NCBI GenBank assembly: GCA_022792335.1
Contig: JAAWAV010000041.1
Coordinates: 72,039 to 136,038 of the forward strand
Direction: 5' to 3'
DNA length: 64,000 nt
DNA from: Lachnospiraceae bacterium
GTDB lineage: Bacteria; Bacillota; Clostridia; Lachnospirales; Lachnospiraceae
Part shown: positions 48,040-57,266 of the stretch, piece after piece
How positions within the stretch are numbered: the first letter of the stretch is position 1
How the letters are laid out: each line of letters begins with the position of its first letter
Program-made: the position numbers and the translations under genes
Notes under the pieces: generated by a model
What the model saw: the letters and a program-made list of their open reading frames with translations, nothing else
Databases searched by the model: none
What the model was told of the DNA's origin: nothing

Positions 48040-48891
48040 ATGCAGATTCAACACAATATTCAGGCAATTAACTCTAGTAGAAACTTAGGTATCAACAACA
48101 AGGCTCTGGCAAAGAACTTAGAGAAACTGTCCTCCGGTTATAGAATCAACCGTGCCGGCGACGACGCTGCTGGTCTTGCTATTTCCGAGCAGATGAGAAG
48201 CCAGATCAATGGTCTGAATCAGGCTGCTACCAACGCACAGGATGCTATCGGTCTTATCCAGACGGCTGAAGGTGCTCTGACCGAAGTTCACTCCATGCTT
48301 CAGCGTATGGTTACCCTGGCTACCCAGGCTTCAAACGCAACCATGAATACGACTTCTTGGGGCAACATCCAGACTGAGTACGATGCTCTGGTAGCTGAGA
48401 TTGATCGTATCGCTAACTACACAGACTTCAACGGTACGAAGCCTCTGACTTCTACCCCTCAGAGAGCAGGTGAGGGTACTGGTCTGACCTTCCAGATTGG
48501 ACCTAGCGGAAGTGAGACTATCACCATGTCCGCACAGAGCATGGCTGCTACCACAATCCTGGGAACGGCTGCTGCGACAGGTGCAACTGCCGGTGCTATC
48601 AAAGACAGAGCAACTGCAAATGCAAGCCTGTCCGGTATCAATAACGCTATCAATAAAGTGTCTACGTATCGTGCAAAACTCGGTGCCATTCAGAACCGTC
48701 TGGAGCATACGGTCAACAGCTTGAAGGTAACGTCTGAGAACATTCAGGATGCTGAGAGCCGTATCCGCGATACCAATATGCCTGATGAAATCACATCCTT
48801 CACCAAGAACAACATCCTGCTGCAGGCTGCACAGTCCATGTTGTCCCAGGCCAATGCCGTACCTCAGGGCGTCCTGAGCCTCTTAGGCTAA
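48040..48891 (+). CDS. fliC: Flagellin (short, 283 aa)
   Basis: KLSSGYRINRAGDDAAGLAISE, LGAIQNRLEHT, ESRIRDT, QGVLSLL. Confidence 0.98.
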   Translation: MQIQHNIQAINSSRNLGINNKALAKNLEKLSSGYRINRAGDDAAGLAISEQMRSQINGLNQAATNAQDAIGLIQTAEGALTEVHSMLQRMVTLATQASNATMNTTSWGNIQTEYDALVAEIDRIANYTDFNGTKPLTSTPQRAGEGTGLTFQIGPSGSETITMSAQSMAATTILGTAAATGATAGAIKDRATANASLSGINNAINKVSTYRAKLGAIQNRLEHTVNSLKVTSENIQDAESRIRDTNMPDEITSFTKNNILLQAAQSMLSQANAVPQGVLSLLG

Positions 48892-48951
48892 TTGACCTTT
48901 TAGGTTTTCTTGCGAAGGTAATGTGTAAAGCAACTGCATAGTGTGAAGAAT

Positions 48952-48996
48952 AAGGCCGCCCCGGAGCTTCGGCTGTGGGGCGGCCTTTTCTTTTCT
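48952..48996 (+). terminator. Rho-independent terminator after flagellin
   Basis: AAGGCCGCCCC...GGGGCGGCCTT followed by TTCTTTT. Confidence 0.88.
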
Positions 48997-49011
48997 CCGG
49001 AGGATATATAT

Positions 49012-50304
49012 ATGAAAAAAGAGAAAAGGCCTCGGATTTCCCTGTGTATGATTGTGAAAAACGAGGAAAAAAAGCTGGAGAGGGCTCTGTCCTGGGGACA
49101 GGATATTTTATGGGAAAAGATTGTGGTGGATACGGGAAGTACGGACGGGACTGTGGATCTGGCAAAGAAGCTGGGAGCGTCTGTCCATCACTTTGACTGG
49201 ATTGACGATTTTGCCGCCGCCAGGAACTTTGCTATCGAGCAGGCAAAGGGAGACTGGATCCTTACTTTGGACGCCGACGAGTATCCGGCTCCGGGGACGG
49301 AGGAGAAGCTGTTTTCTGTCCTTTCCCAGGCAGAAGAAAAGGGGGCAGACGGAGTATTCGGGGAGATTCTGGAACTGAACAATGTGGGAGAGATTGTGAC
49401 CTGCTCTTTCCGTATACGCCTTTTTCGAAATATGCCGGAAATTCGCTACCGCCGCCGGATTCATGAGCAGTTGGAGTTTACGGACGGCAGGAATATGCGG
49501 CTTCTCGACGGAAAGGGAGAGGTATCTTTTTTCCATGACGGCTATGCGGAAGAAGTACGGGCGGGAAAACAGAAAAGCAGGAGAAACCTGAATCTTTTGG
49601 AGCAGGAGCTTTCCGACCATCCGGACGATTATGAAATCATGGGATATCTGGGAGACGAATACAGAAGCCATGAGGAGACGGAACAGGCCATCCAGTGGTA
49701 TCTTAAATCTGTAGAACACTTGCCGGAGACGCTTCCGGAGCTGGATCCCCGTATCGCCTGGACCTTTTCTTCTCTGATATCGCTCTATGCGACGAAAAAG
49801 GAGTACGCTGAGGCAGAGCAGATATATCAGAAGGCTGTCCGACTACAGCCCAAAGAAGCGGATTATGACTATGAGATGGGTCGTTTTGCTGTGGCTATGG
49901 AGCGGTGGGAAGAGGGAATCCGCTATCTGGCCGGAGGCCTTACAAAGCTGGAGCAGTACGGGATTGCCAATTCCTGTATGCGGATACGGGCGGCGTTAGA
50001 AGAAGTGTATGGCAATATGGCTTTATGTTTCCTTCGAAGCGGCAGGAGAAAGGATGCGGTAGAGACGGCGGTGGCTCTTTTGAAAGCAAAGCCCTATGAT
50101 ATGAAGGCGCTCTATCTTTTGCTGTCGGCTTTCCGCGAGGACGGCGGGGAACGGGCGGAGGAAGCCGTCTATGTGGAGAGTGTCGCCGCTTTTTTGGGGA
50201 AACTTTATTCTCTTTGCGAGCTTAAGGACCGACTCTTTATCGCCAGGGCGGCGAAGGAGGCTGGTTGGGATGCCATGCGTATACGGATGGAGGTGAAACG
50301 ATGA
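49012..50304 (+). CDS. GT2 plus TPR glycosyltransferase (probable flagellin GT)
   Basis: ISLCMIVKNEE, DTGSTD, DDFAAARN, LDADE, RIHEQ, TPR repeats. Confidence 0.92.
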   Translation: MKKEKRPRISLCMIVKNEEKKLERALSWGQDILWEKIVVDTGSTDGTVDLAKKLGASVHHFDWIDDFAAARNFAIEQAKGDWILTLDADEYPAPGTEEKLFSVLSQAEEKGADGVFGEILELNNVGEIVTCSFRIRLFRNMPEIRYRRRIHEQLEFTDGRNMRLLDGKGEVSFFHDGYAEEVRAGKQKSRRNLNLLEQELSDHPDDYEIMGYLGDEYRSHEETEQAIQWYLKSVEHLPETLPELDPRIAWTFSSLISLYATKKEYAEAEQIYQKAVRLQPKEADYDYEMGRFAVAMERWEEGIRYLAGGLTKLEQYGIANSCMRIRAALEEVYGNMALCFLRSGRRKDAVETAVALLKAKPYDMKALYLLLSAFREDGGERAEEAVYVESVAAFLGKLYSLCELKDRLFIARAAKEAGWDAMRIRMEVKR

Positions 50305-51629
50305 AGGGACTTCAGATTTCCCAGTGCATGATTGTAAAAAATGAGGAGAAGAATATTGAGCAGGCTCTCTCCTGGGGAAAAGACATCATGTGGGAACAGA
50401 TTGTGGTGGATACGGGAAGTACGGATCGGACTGTAGAACTGGCAGAGAGCATGGGGGCCAGAGTGTACCATTTCACCTGGACGGATGATTTTTCGGCAGC
50501 CAAAAATTTTGCTATTGAGCAGGCGGCGGGGGACTGGATTGTCTTTCTGGATGCGGATGAATACATGCTCCCCGAGGATACAAAAAAGCTGCGGCAGACC
50601 TTAATGGACATTGAAAAGGGAAAAGCGCCTTATCTGGTAATTCTGTCCAACTGGTTGAATCTAAACGATGCGGGACAGGTATTTAGTACGGCGACGCAGA
50701 TGCGCGTTTTTCGTAATCATGTGGGGATTCATTATGTGGGGCGGATCCATGAGTTTTTGCAGAAAGGGAAGCGGAAGTTTGAGACGTCAGAACTTCTAAA
50801 CGCCGGCGAAGAGCTAAATATTTATCATACTGGTTATACAGAGGAGGCTTACGCAGATACCAAGAAGCTGCAGAGGAATGAGAGGATTCTTTTGAGGGAG
50901 CTGGAAGATCGCCCTGATGACTTTGACGCTATGGGGTATCTGGGCGACAGCTATAAGGCTATGGAGGAATATGAGCGGGCCATTGAATGGTATGAGAAGG
51001 CTGTCGAGGCTTATCTTGCTTCCGGTATCGGGCCGTCGCCCTACTATGATCGACTTAGCTGGACCTTTACCTATCTTCTGGATTTGTCCGCCCAGGCAGG
51101 ACGAGGAAAAGATCGATTGCTGGAAATCTATGGGCAGGCCATCCAGTCTCTTCCGAAAGAATGCGATTTTGATTACGTGATGGGGAGATTTTTCCTGGGA
51201 GAACAGAACTGGGAAAGGGCCTCTTATCATCTGGAGCGGGCGCTTTCTCTTCTGGAAGAGAATGGGAATCTGTATTATGGCACGGCGCTTGTTCCAAACC
51301 TGATGAGTACCCAGGAATATCTGGCGATTGCCTGTTTCAATGCAGGAAAACGGGAACAGTGCGTCAGCGTCTGTGTGCGGTATCTGAAAGAAGAGCGGTT
51401 TGCCATGGGGGTTTTGAAAGTGCTTTTGACTGCGTTCAAGGCGGATATGGGAGTCGCGGGAGCGGATCAGGTTCTGGCCTTTTTAGGGAAGCTTTATGAT
51501 TTTTCAGCTTTGAAGGATCGGCTGCTGGTATTGCGGGCGGCGAAGGAGATTGCTTATGATGGACTGGTCAGGGAGCTGGAGAGGCTGTTTTCGCCCCAGG
51601 AGTTGGAATTATTAATGGGAAGAATATAA
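50301..51629 (+). CDS. GT2 plus TPR glycosyltransferase (paralog)
   Basis: ISQCMIVKNEE, DDFSAAKN, LDADE, RIHE, HTGY; ATGA overlap with upstream gene. Confidence 0.92.
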   Translation: MKGLQISQCMIVKNEEKNIEQALSWGKDIMWEQIVVDTGSTDRTVELAESMGARVYHFTWTDDFSAAKNFAIEQAAGDWIVFLDADEYMLPEDTKKLRQTLMDIEKGKAPYLVILSNWLNLNDAGQVFSTATQMRVFRNHVGIHYVGRIHEFLQKGKRKFETSELLNAGEELNIYHTGYTEEAYADTKKLQRNERILLRELEDRPDDFDAMGYLGDSYKAMEEYERAIEWYEKAVEAYLASGIGPSPYYDRLSWTFTYLLDLSAQAGRGKDRLLEIYGQAIQSLPKECDFDYVMGRFFLGEQNWERASYHLERALSLLEENGNLYYGTALVPNLMSTQEYLAIACFNAGKREQCVSVCVRYLKEERFAMGVLKVLLTAFKADMGVAGADQVLAFLGKLYDFSALKDRLLVLRAAKEIAYDGLVRELERLFSPQELELLMGRI

Positions 51630-51793
51630 TCTGTATCTGGAAGGAAAAAAGGGCGTACAGGGGCTTACAGAGGCTTTTACGGTATGCCTGAGTGCAGTGG
51701 CCTATCTGATATTAGTGCTTCTGCATATTGTCAAAAACAGAAAAATTAACCTGGATCGGAATAGAGACAGGGGCTGGGCAGGCACCGAAAGAG

Positions 51794-51832
51794 AAACGGC
51801 CCCTGAAGTTTTGTCACTTCAGGGGCCGTTTT
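51794..51832. terminator. Bidirectional terminator
   Basis: AAACGGCCCCTGAAGT-loop-ACTTCAGGGGCCGTTT perfect stem between convergent genes. Confidence 0.9.
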
Positions 51833-52426
51833 ATGGAGCAGTCATTGTCTTTTGGCAAAACGCTTAGTTACTACAGATTTGTTCTTTTTCTCATTCTGGC
51901 CCTGCTTTTGTGTACTCCTTCCTGTATGTGGACATTTTTCGCTTTACAGTATTTCCGTGTGACGGATCCCTCTTCCGTATGCAGAGCTTTCTCCCTTGGT
52001 ATTTTTGTATATTCTTTTTTACAGCTCTCTGAGATACAGATGGTGGTAAGGAAGATGATGCAGCTTGATGTATCTCGCAAAAATCCGCAGAAGTTCATTG
52101 GGGTAGGGCGGATTGACGAACCAGCAGGTTTGTCCGGTCATCTGTTGCAAAAGTGTGGCGCCGCCGTGTTTCATAATGGTGTCCCGAACATCTCGGAGAT
52201 TTTTAGAGACATTTTTTGCAGTGGTCCCACGCTTCTCGGCGATAGGGATATAAATATCTCTGGTCATGTGCATCAGCCGATCCGGCTTTTCCAGGATCAT
52301 CGTCAAAGCGTCGATAAAAATGACGCCGGCTACGTGATGCTTATAGACACCGACGGACTGAAACAATTCATATAAATCGTTTTTCATGATAAAGTTCCTC
52401 CTTTGTTTTTTGGCGACTACTCCATA
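51832..52426. repeat. 12-bp inverted repeat pair bracketing Spo0A-DBD copy 1
   Basis: TATGGAGCAGTC at 51832-51843 and GACTACTCCATA at 52415-52426 (11 of 12 complementary). Confidence 0.8.
52019..52387 (-). CDS. Stand-alone Spo0A C-terminal DNA-binding-domain protein (copy 1)
   Basis: GV..H..G.....A..M......L..MT..IY..IA.K.GTT...V...LR ... P.PNE aligns by eye with Spo0A_C; AAGGAGG RBS; no receiver domain. Confidence 0.82.
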   Translation of the reverse strand: MKNDLYELFQSVGVYKHHVAGVIFIDALTMILEKPDRLMHMTRDIYIPIAEKRGTTAKNVSKNLRDVRDTIMKHGGATLLQQMTGQTCWFVNPPYPNELLRIFARYIKLHHLPYHHLYLREL

Positions 52427-52539
52427 GATTAAGGAAAAGGAAAAATGATCCAAAAATCAAGAGGATAAAGAAAAAGCAGGGCTAAATCAAATCGTAAAGA
52501 TACGAGGGAGCCTCCGGAGACGGCTCTGAAAATATGGGT

Positions 52540-52970
52540 TATGGGGCAGCCTGTTTCTATTGGTTTGATATTTTAGTTACAGATTGTCATAAGGAATGTG
52601 GTGTACTCTGATATATCTCGCAAAAACCCGGAGAAGCTCATTGGGATAAGGAGGCTCAGAGAACCAGCATTTCTGCCCGGTCATTTGCTGCAAAAGTGTG
52701 GCGCCGCCGTGTTTCATAATGGTGTCCCGGACGTCTCGGAGATTTTTGGAGACATTTTTTGCAGTGGTTCCACGCTTTTTAGCGATAGGGATATAAATAT
52801 CTTTCGTCATGTGCATCAGTCGATCCGGATCTTCCAGGATCATGGTCAAGGCATCAATGAAAATGACGCCGGCAACGTGGTGCCGATAGACTCCGATGGA
52901 GCGAAACAATTCATATAAATCCTTTGTCATCAGGCAAGTTCCTCCTTTGCTTTTTCATGGCTGCCCCATA
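52540..52970. repeat. 12-bp inverted repeat pair bracketing Spo0A-DBD copy 2
   Basis: TATGGGGCAGCC at 52540-52551 and GGCTGCCCCATA at 52959-52970 (12 of 12). Confidence 0.85.
52577..52930 (-). CDS. Stand-alone Spo0A C-terminal DNA-binding-domain protein (copy 2)
   Basis: Close tandem paralog of 52019-52387; AAGGAGG RBS. Confidence 0.82.
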   Translation of the reverse strand: MTKDLYELFRSIGVYRHHVAGVIFIDALTMILEDPDRLMHMTKDIYIPIAKKRGTTAKNVSKNLRDVRDTIMKHGGATLLQQMTGQKCWFSEPPYPNELLRVFARYIRVHHIPYDNL

Positions 52971-53087
52971 TTAAAAGAAAAGGAAAAATATTCCAAAAAT
53001 CAAGAGGAACACACAAAGTATAGTACCTTTTTGTTGATTTTTATGGAGAAAGGCAGATTGAAATTCGTTTCATTGACAAAGAAACAG

Positions 53088-53116
53088 TTGAAAAAGTGAC
53101 AGGATTCGGGTATAAT
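53088..53116 (+). promoter_or_regulatory. SigmaA-type promoter of the CZB chemoreceptor
   Basis: TTGAAA-N17-TATAAT. Confidence 0.75.
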
Positions 53117-53200
53117 AACAAATAGACTGTGAAATAAACAGACAGTGGTTTGTCAGGTACTCGGGCAGGCTAAAAAAAGAGAAAAAGAGGGTTGGGTTTT

Positions 53201-54874
53201 ATGAAGAATTCTATTAAGAAATCGGTGTGGGTACGAATGGCCGTAATCTTTGTGGCGATTATTGTTTGCGGGGTGGCAACTTCGGTAGGGTTGTCGCAGA
53301 TCAGAAGTTACACAGTTTCTACTGAGTCGGCGACAGAGATTCACGCGGTAGCCTTAGCAGCAGAAAAAGCACATTTTAGTTGGCTTGAGAATTTAAGCTC
53401 ATCCATCAGCTTTAATACGGAGTTTACAGGAAGTACAGATTATACGGCCTGCGATTTGGGAAAATGGCTGTACGATAGTGATCGCTCGACGATTGAGGAT
53501 CCGAAGATTATTGAACTGATGGACCAGATAATTCCGATTCATCAGGAGATTCATAATTCAGCGACAGAGATTCTTGAGCTGAATAAGACGAATCCGGATG
53601 CAGCAGACGAGATGTATCTGAATCAGACAAAGAAAAATGTCAGTACTTTAGTCGGTTTGCTGGAAGAGGTTGTTACAATTGCCAGTGAGAATATGGAGAG
53701 TTACCAGGCAGGGCTTCACAGTGCGATTCTCGTAACTACGATAGTAGCGCTGGGAACCGTTTTTGTAATCATTGTCGCCAGCCTGATGTTGATCCGTTAC
53801 GTGATGTCCAGAATCGTTCGTCCCATTCAGAGAATCACAAAAGACAGCCAGCTTCTTTCTCAGGGAAAACTGGACTTTGAGATTCAAGTGGCGAATACGG
53901 ATGAAATCGGTGTGCTGGCCGATAGTCTGAATCGGGCGGCGAAAACTTTGTCTCTGTACATATCGGATATTTCAGACAATCTGAATGCGATTGCTCAGGG
54001 AAATCTGGCCAGAAAGCCTCAGCTCAGTTATATTGGAGACTTTATAGAGATTCAAAACTCTACAGATATTATTTTACAGCAGCTGAATGATACGATGTCA
54101 CAGATTCAGATGGTTGCCGTTCAGGTAGGAAGCGGTGCGGAACATGTTTCCAGCGGAGCGCAGGCTTTGGCGCAGGGTGCGACGGAGCAGGCCAATGAGG
54201 TCGACACTCTGGTCGAAACAGTGGAAAGAGTTTCTGATCAGATTGGTGACAACGCAAAGAATGCAGACGCGACCAGTCAGCAAGTGGACCAGGTAGAGAA
54301 GCAGGTTGGACTTTGTAACCAGCAGATGCAAGAGATGTCCCGAGCGATGGATGAAATCAGCGGCTGTTCCAATGAAATCGAACATATTATTAAGACAATT
54401 GATGACATTGCATTCCAGACGAATATTCTTGCACTGAATGCAGCGGTAGAGGCGGCAAGAGCCGGTACGGCCGGAAAGGGCTTTGCAGTAGTTGCAGATG
54501 AGGTGCGGAATCTGGCAGCCAAGAGTGGAGAAGCAGTTCAGAGTACTTCAGAGCTGATCACCAAGACTTTGAACGCTGTTTCCAATGGCGTACAGCTGAC
54601 AGAATCGACTCAGAAAGCCTTGGGCGCAGTGGTAGAAGGAACTCAGTTGGTTATCAAACAGATTCATGAGATTTCACAGGCTTCAGCAGAGCAGGCAGAA
54701 TCCATTGGTGGAGTTAGCGAGGGGATTTCACAGATTTCCAGCGTTGTTCAGAGTAATTCTGCGACTTCAGAGGAGAGTGCGGCGGCCAGCGAAGAGCTTT
54801 CCAGCCAGGCGCAGGTACTTCGAAATCTGTTAGAGAAGTTCCAGCTTAAAGAAGATGGCAATAGTTCTTATTAA
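53201..54874 (+). CDS. Methyl-accepting chemotaxis protein with CZB zinc-binding sensor, HAMP and signalling domain
   Basis: TM1, [20 protein letters not shown]2, [30 protein letters not shown]. Confidence 0.93.
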   Translation: MKNSIKKSVWVRMAVIFVAIIVCGVATSVGLSQIRSYTVSTESATEIHAVALAAEKAHFSWLENLSSSISFNTEFTGSTDYTACDLGKWLYDSDRSTIEDPKIIELMDQIIPIHQEIHNSATEILELNKTNPDAADEMYLNQTKKNVSTLVGLLEEVVTIASENMESYQAGLHSAILVTTIVALGTVFVIIVASLMLIRYVMSRIVRPIQRITKDSQLLSQGKLDFEIQVANTDEIGVLADSLNRAAKTLSLYISDISDNLNAIAQGNLARKPQLSYIGDFIEIQNSTDIILQQLNDTMSQIQMVAVQVGSGAEHVSSGAQALAQGATEQANEVDTLVETVERVSDQIGDNAKNADATSQQVDQVEKQVGLCNQQMQEMSRAMDEISGCSNEIEHIIKTIDDIAFQTNILALNAAVEAARAGTAGKGFAVVADEVRNLAAKSGEAVQSTSELITKTLNAVSNGVQLTESTQKALGAVVEGTQLVIKQIHEISQASAEQAESIGGVSEGISQISSVVQSNSATSEESAAASEELSSQAQVLRNLLEKFQLKEDGNSSY

Positions 54875-54965
54875 GGATATCTTTTAAGAGAACAGGCAGT
54901 TTGCTCAAAAGAAAAAGTCAGAAGAGAATGAGAATAAAGAACGGAATACATCAATGATAAAAAGA

Positions 54966-55014
54966 AAAAACCAGGTCCTGTATCCGAAAAGGAAGTACAG
55001 GACCTGGTCTTTTT
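54966..55014. terminator. Bidirectional terminator
   Basis: ACCAGGTCCTGTA...TACAGGACCTGGT flanked by A and T runs. Confidence 0.88.
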
Positions 55015-56068
55015 AATTTGATTCCGGATAAGTAACGGCCCACAGAGGACCACCACCGTCGTCGGAATGCTTTAGTTCTGCCAGGAGGGATTCCAGATTC
55101 CACTCCATTTTGGAGTTTTCAAAATTGTAGGAATCGGCGATACGAACATTACCATTTTCTAAAATATTTGTTATGATGACAAAATGTCCGCTAGTGGAAA
55201 AAGTACCTTTTCCCATCAGCGCAATCAACACATGGCCGGAACGGAGAAGTTCGGCGGCCGTATTGGGATCTGTTTCGGCAACACTTTCTACCTGAAGCCC
55301 ATAGGCAGAGAGAGCATTTGGAATAATGGCATGGCGGGAACCATTATGAGGAGAATGGAATCCATTGGCGGCAGACCATTCAGCTAATTCTATAGGGGTA
55401 ACAGTATAGCTTGTAAATGAATTGATCAGCATGGCAACAACTGTTGGCCCACAACCGTATTGAGACATGGGATCTACCCCACCATAGAGATAATTCGCCC
55501 AGTGGCTGTCTCCCTGATTGTAATAAAACAGAGCGCCCATAGCAGAATCCAGCATAACCAAATAATCTTCCTCCAGCATGGGAGTTTCTGTAGCCTGCCC
55601 GATATTGTTGACATCGCCCTGAAAAGAAGAAAAGGTAATCAGAGGGATATCTGCATTTGCCAGATCCGCTGTAGACGGCGAGGCAGGCTCTGAAGCGATA
55701 GAGGCGGAGACGGAATCGGATAACCCGATTGCTGCCACATCAGCTATCGCGGAAGCAGTAAGAACCCGGATGTTTGCAGAGAAGGACTGTCCGGAACTCT
55801 GCTGTAGATTCCTGGGGGCAGAAGCACTTTGCAAAGATTGCTCCTCCGGAGGGTGGACTGTTTGAACAATGTATTCCACAAAAGACTGTAGAGCATGAAC
55901 AGACTGGATAGCCTGAGCAGGAAAAAAATAAAAAAACAGGCTACCCAAAATCGTAGCAACCGCAGTATAACAACCACCGACTAAAAGGATTTGAACCAAA
56001 CGGCTTCCGAGAGAAAATTCGGAAGCCTTGGCTTTTTTTGTATAACTGAGAGTTTCTTTTCTTTTCAT
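55013..56068 (-). CDS. Membrane-anchored C39-like cysteine peptidase
   Basis: N-terminal TM; YNQ.D..W, GCGPT..AM, GHFVII, IADS (Q/C/H/D set). Confidence 0.85.
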   Translation of the reverse strand: MKRKETLSYTKKAKASEFSLGSRLVQILLVGGCYTAVATILGSLFFYFFPAQAIQSVHALQSFVEYIVQTVHPPEEQSLQSASAPRNLQQSSGQSFSANIRVLTASAIADVAAIGLSDSVSASIASEPASPSTADLANADIPLITFSSFQGDVNNIGQATETPMLEEDYLVMLDSAMGALFYYNQGDSHWANYLYGGVDPMSQYGCGPTVVAMLINSFTSYTVTPIELAEWSAANGFHSPHNGSRHAIIPNALSAYGLQVESVAETDPNTAAELLRSGHVLIALMGKGTFSTSGHFVIITNILENGNVRIADSYNFENSKMEWNLESLLAELKHSDDGGGPLWAVTYPESN

Positions 56069-57196
56069 TTACTTGGGAAGTTTGGCAATGACAGTGGAAG
56101 CAACAGCGTTCAGAGAAACTTGCGTACAGACAGCTCCGATCTTGTAAGCTTCCATAGGCATACCATAAACAACACAGGATTCTTTATCCTGACCAATAGT
56201 ATAAGCTCCATTTTTTCTCATACGCAAAAGACCGGCGGCGCCGTCAGCACCCATTCCGGTAAGAATTACGCCAATGGCTTTGTCCCGGGCAATATTCGCA
56301 ACAGAATCAAAAAGGACGTCAACAGAGGGACAATGACCGCTTACCTTTTCTGTGCCCATACAGCTTACAGAATAGCCGCTGCCCATACGAACGAGGCGCA
56401 TTTGCATCCCACCGGGAGCAAGCAGAGCTAGACCTGGCTGAACACGGTCTCCATGTTTGGCTTCCCGTACTTCCACTTTGCAGAGCCGGTTTAATCGCTC
56501 CGCATACATGGCGGTAAAACCGGGAGGCATATGTTGGGTAATCACAATTCCGGGCATTTTTGCAGGAAACTGTTGCATAACCGCCAGAATCGCTTCTGTA
56601 CCACCAGTAGAAGCACCGATAGCAAGAATCATATCCTCATGAATTTTAGCTCCTCCAAGCGTTAGTTCACCGTGCGATTTCCCGCCTGCCGGCGCACCAG
56701 GAATGGTATGAAAAGCAGTAGAACGTCCGGCTACTGTTCCACCGGAGGTTTTCTGAGTAACAGCGCCGTCTGCGATGATAAAACCTTCCGCCGTAGGGAG
56801 GCGAACGCGGGCGTGAGAAGCAATTTCGACTTTATTGACCAGGGTCGCCAGAAATGCATCTTTGCGGATATGATTCTGATCATCCGGTTTTCGGACAAAA
56901 TCAACAGCGCCTGCGGCAAGAGCATCAAATACCCGTACATTCAGAGAAGATACTAGAACCACAGGAATCGGATATTTGGGGAGAAGCTTTTTTAAAAACT
57001 CCAGTCCTGTCATTCCAGGCATTTCAATATCCAGAGTCAGAACATCCGGTTTGTAAAGAGGAATTTTATTCATTGCATCCATGGCGTTTATGGCATAACC
57101 AGCTACCTCAAAACGAGGATCATTTGAAAGCGTATTGGTTAGAAGCGCCCGAAACATCATGGAGTCATCAACAACCATGACTCTGGTTTTTTTCAT
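56069..57196 (-). CDS. cheB: Chemotaxis methylesterase CheB
   Basis: Receiver domain plus GASTGG, QHMP, LTGMGADG. Confidence 0.97.
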   Translation of the reverse strand: MKKTRVMVVDDSMMFRALLTNTLSNDPRFEVAGYAINAMDAMNKIPLYKPDVLTLDIEMPGMTGLEFLKKLLPKYPIPVVLVSSLNVRVFDALAAGAVDFVRKPDDQNHIRKDAFLATLVNKVEIASHARVRLPTAEGFIIADGAVTQKTSGGTVAGRSTAFHTIPGAPAGGKSHGELTLGGAKIHEDMILAIGASTGGTEAILAVMQQFPAKMPGIVITQHMPPGFTAMYAERLNRLCKVEVREAKHGDRVQPGLALLAPGGMQMRLVRMGSGYSVSCMGTEKVSGHCPSVDVLFDSVANIARDKAIGVILTGMGADGAAGLLRMRKNGAYTIGQDKESCVVYGMPMEAYKIGAVCTQVSLNAVASTVIAKLPK

Positions 57197-57266
57197 AACA
57201 TCATGCCCCCTTGTATAGAGAAAATCTTTTTCCCAATCTATTTTATTAATTTTGAACCATGTATGT

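Noticed and set aside
47646-51712. Shared short words GCTTACAG and CCTATCTGATAT downstream of XRE2 and of the last GT
   Set aside because: Spacing differs (about 84 versus 37 nt) and similarity does not extend; chance cannot be excluded
51728-52918. Plus-strand ORFs 51728-52375 and 52598-52918 that resemble each other
   Set aside because: They are antisense shadows of the duplicated Spo0A-DBD genes; the first runs through a terminator and neither has a good RBS
88-54500. Near-identical DNA between the two MCP genes
   Set aside because: Explained by the universally conserved signalling tip
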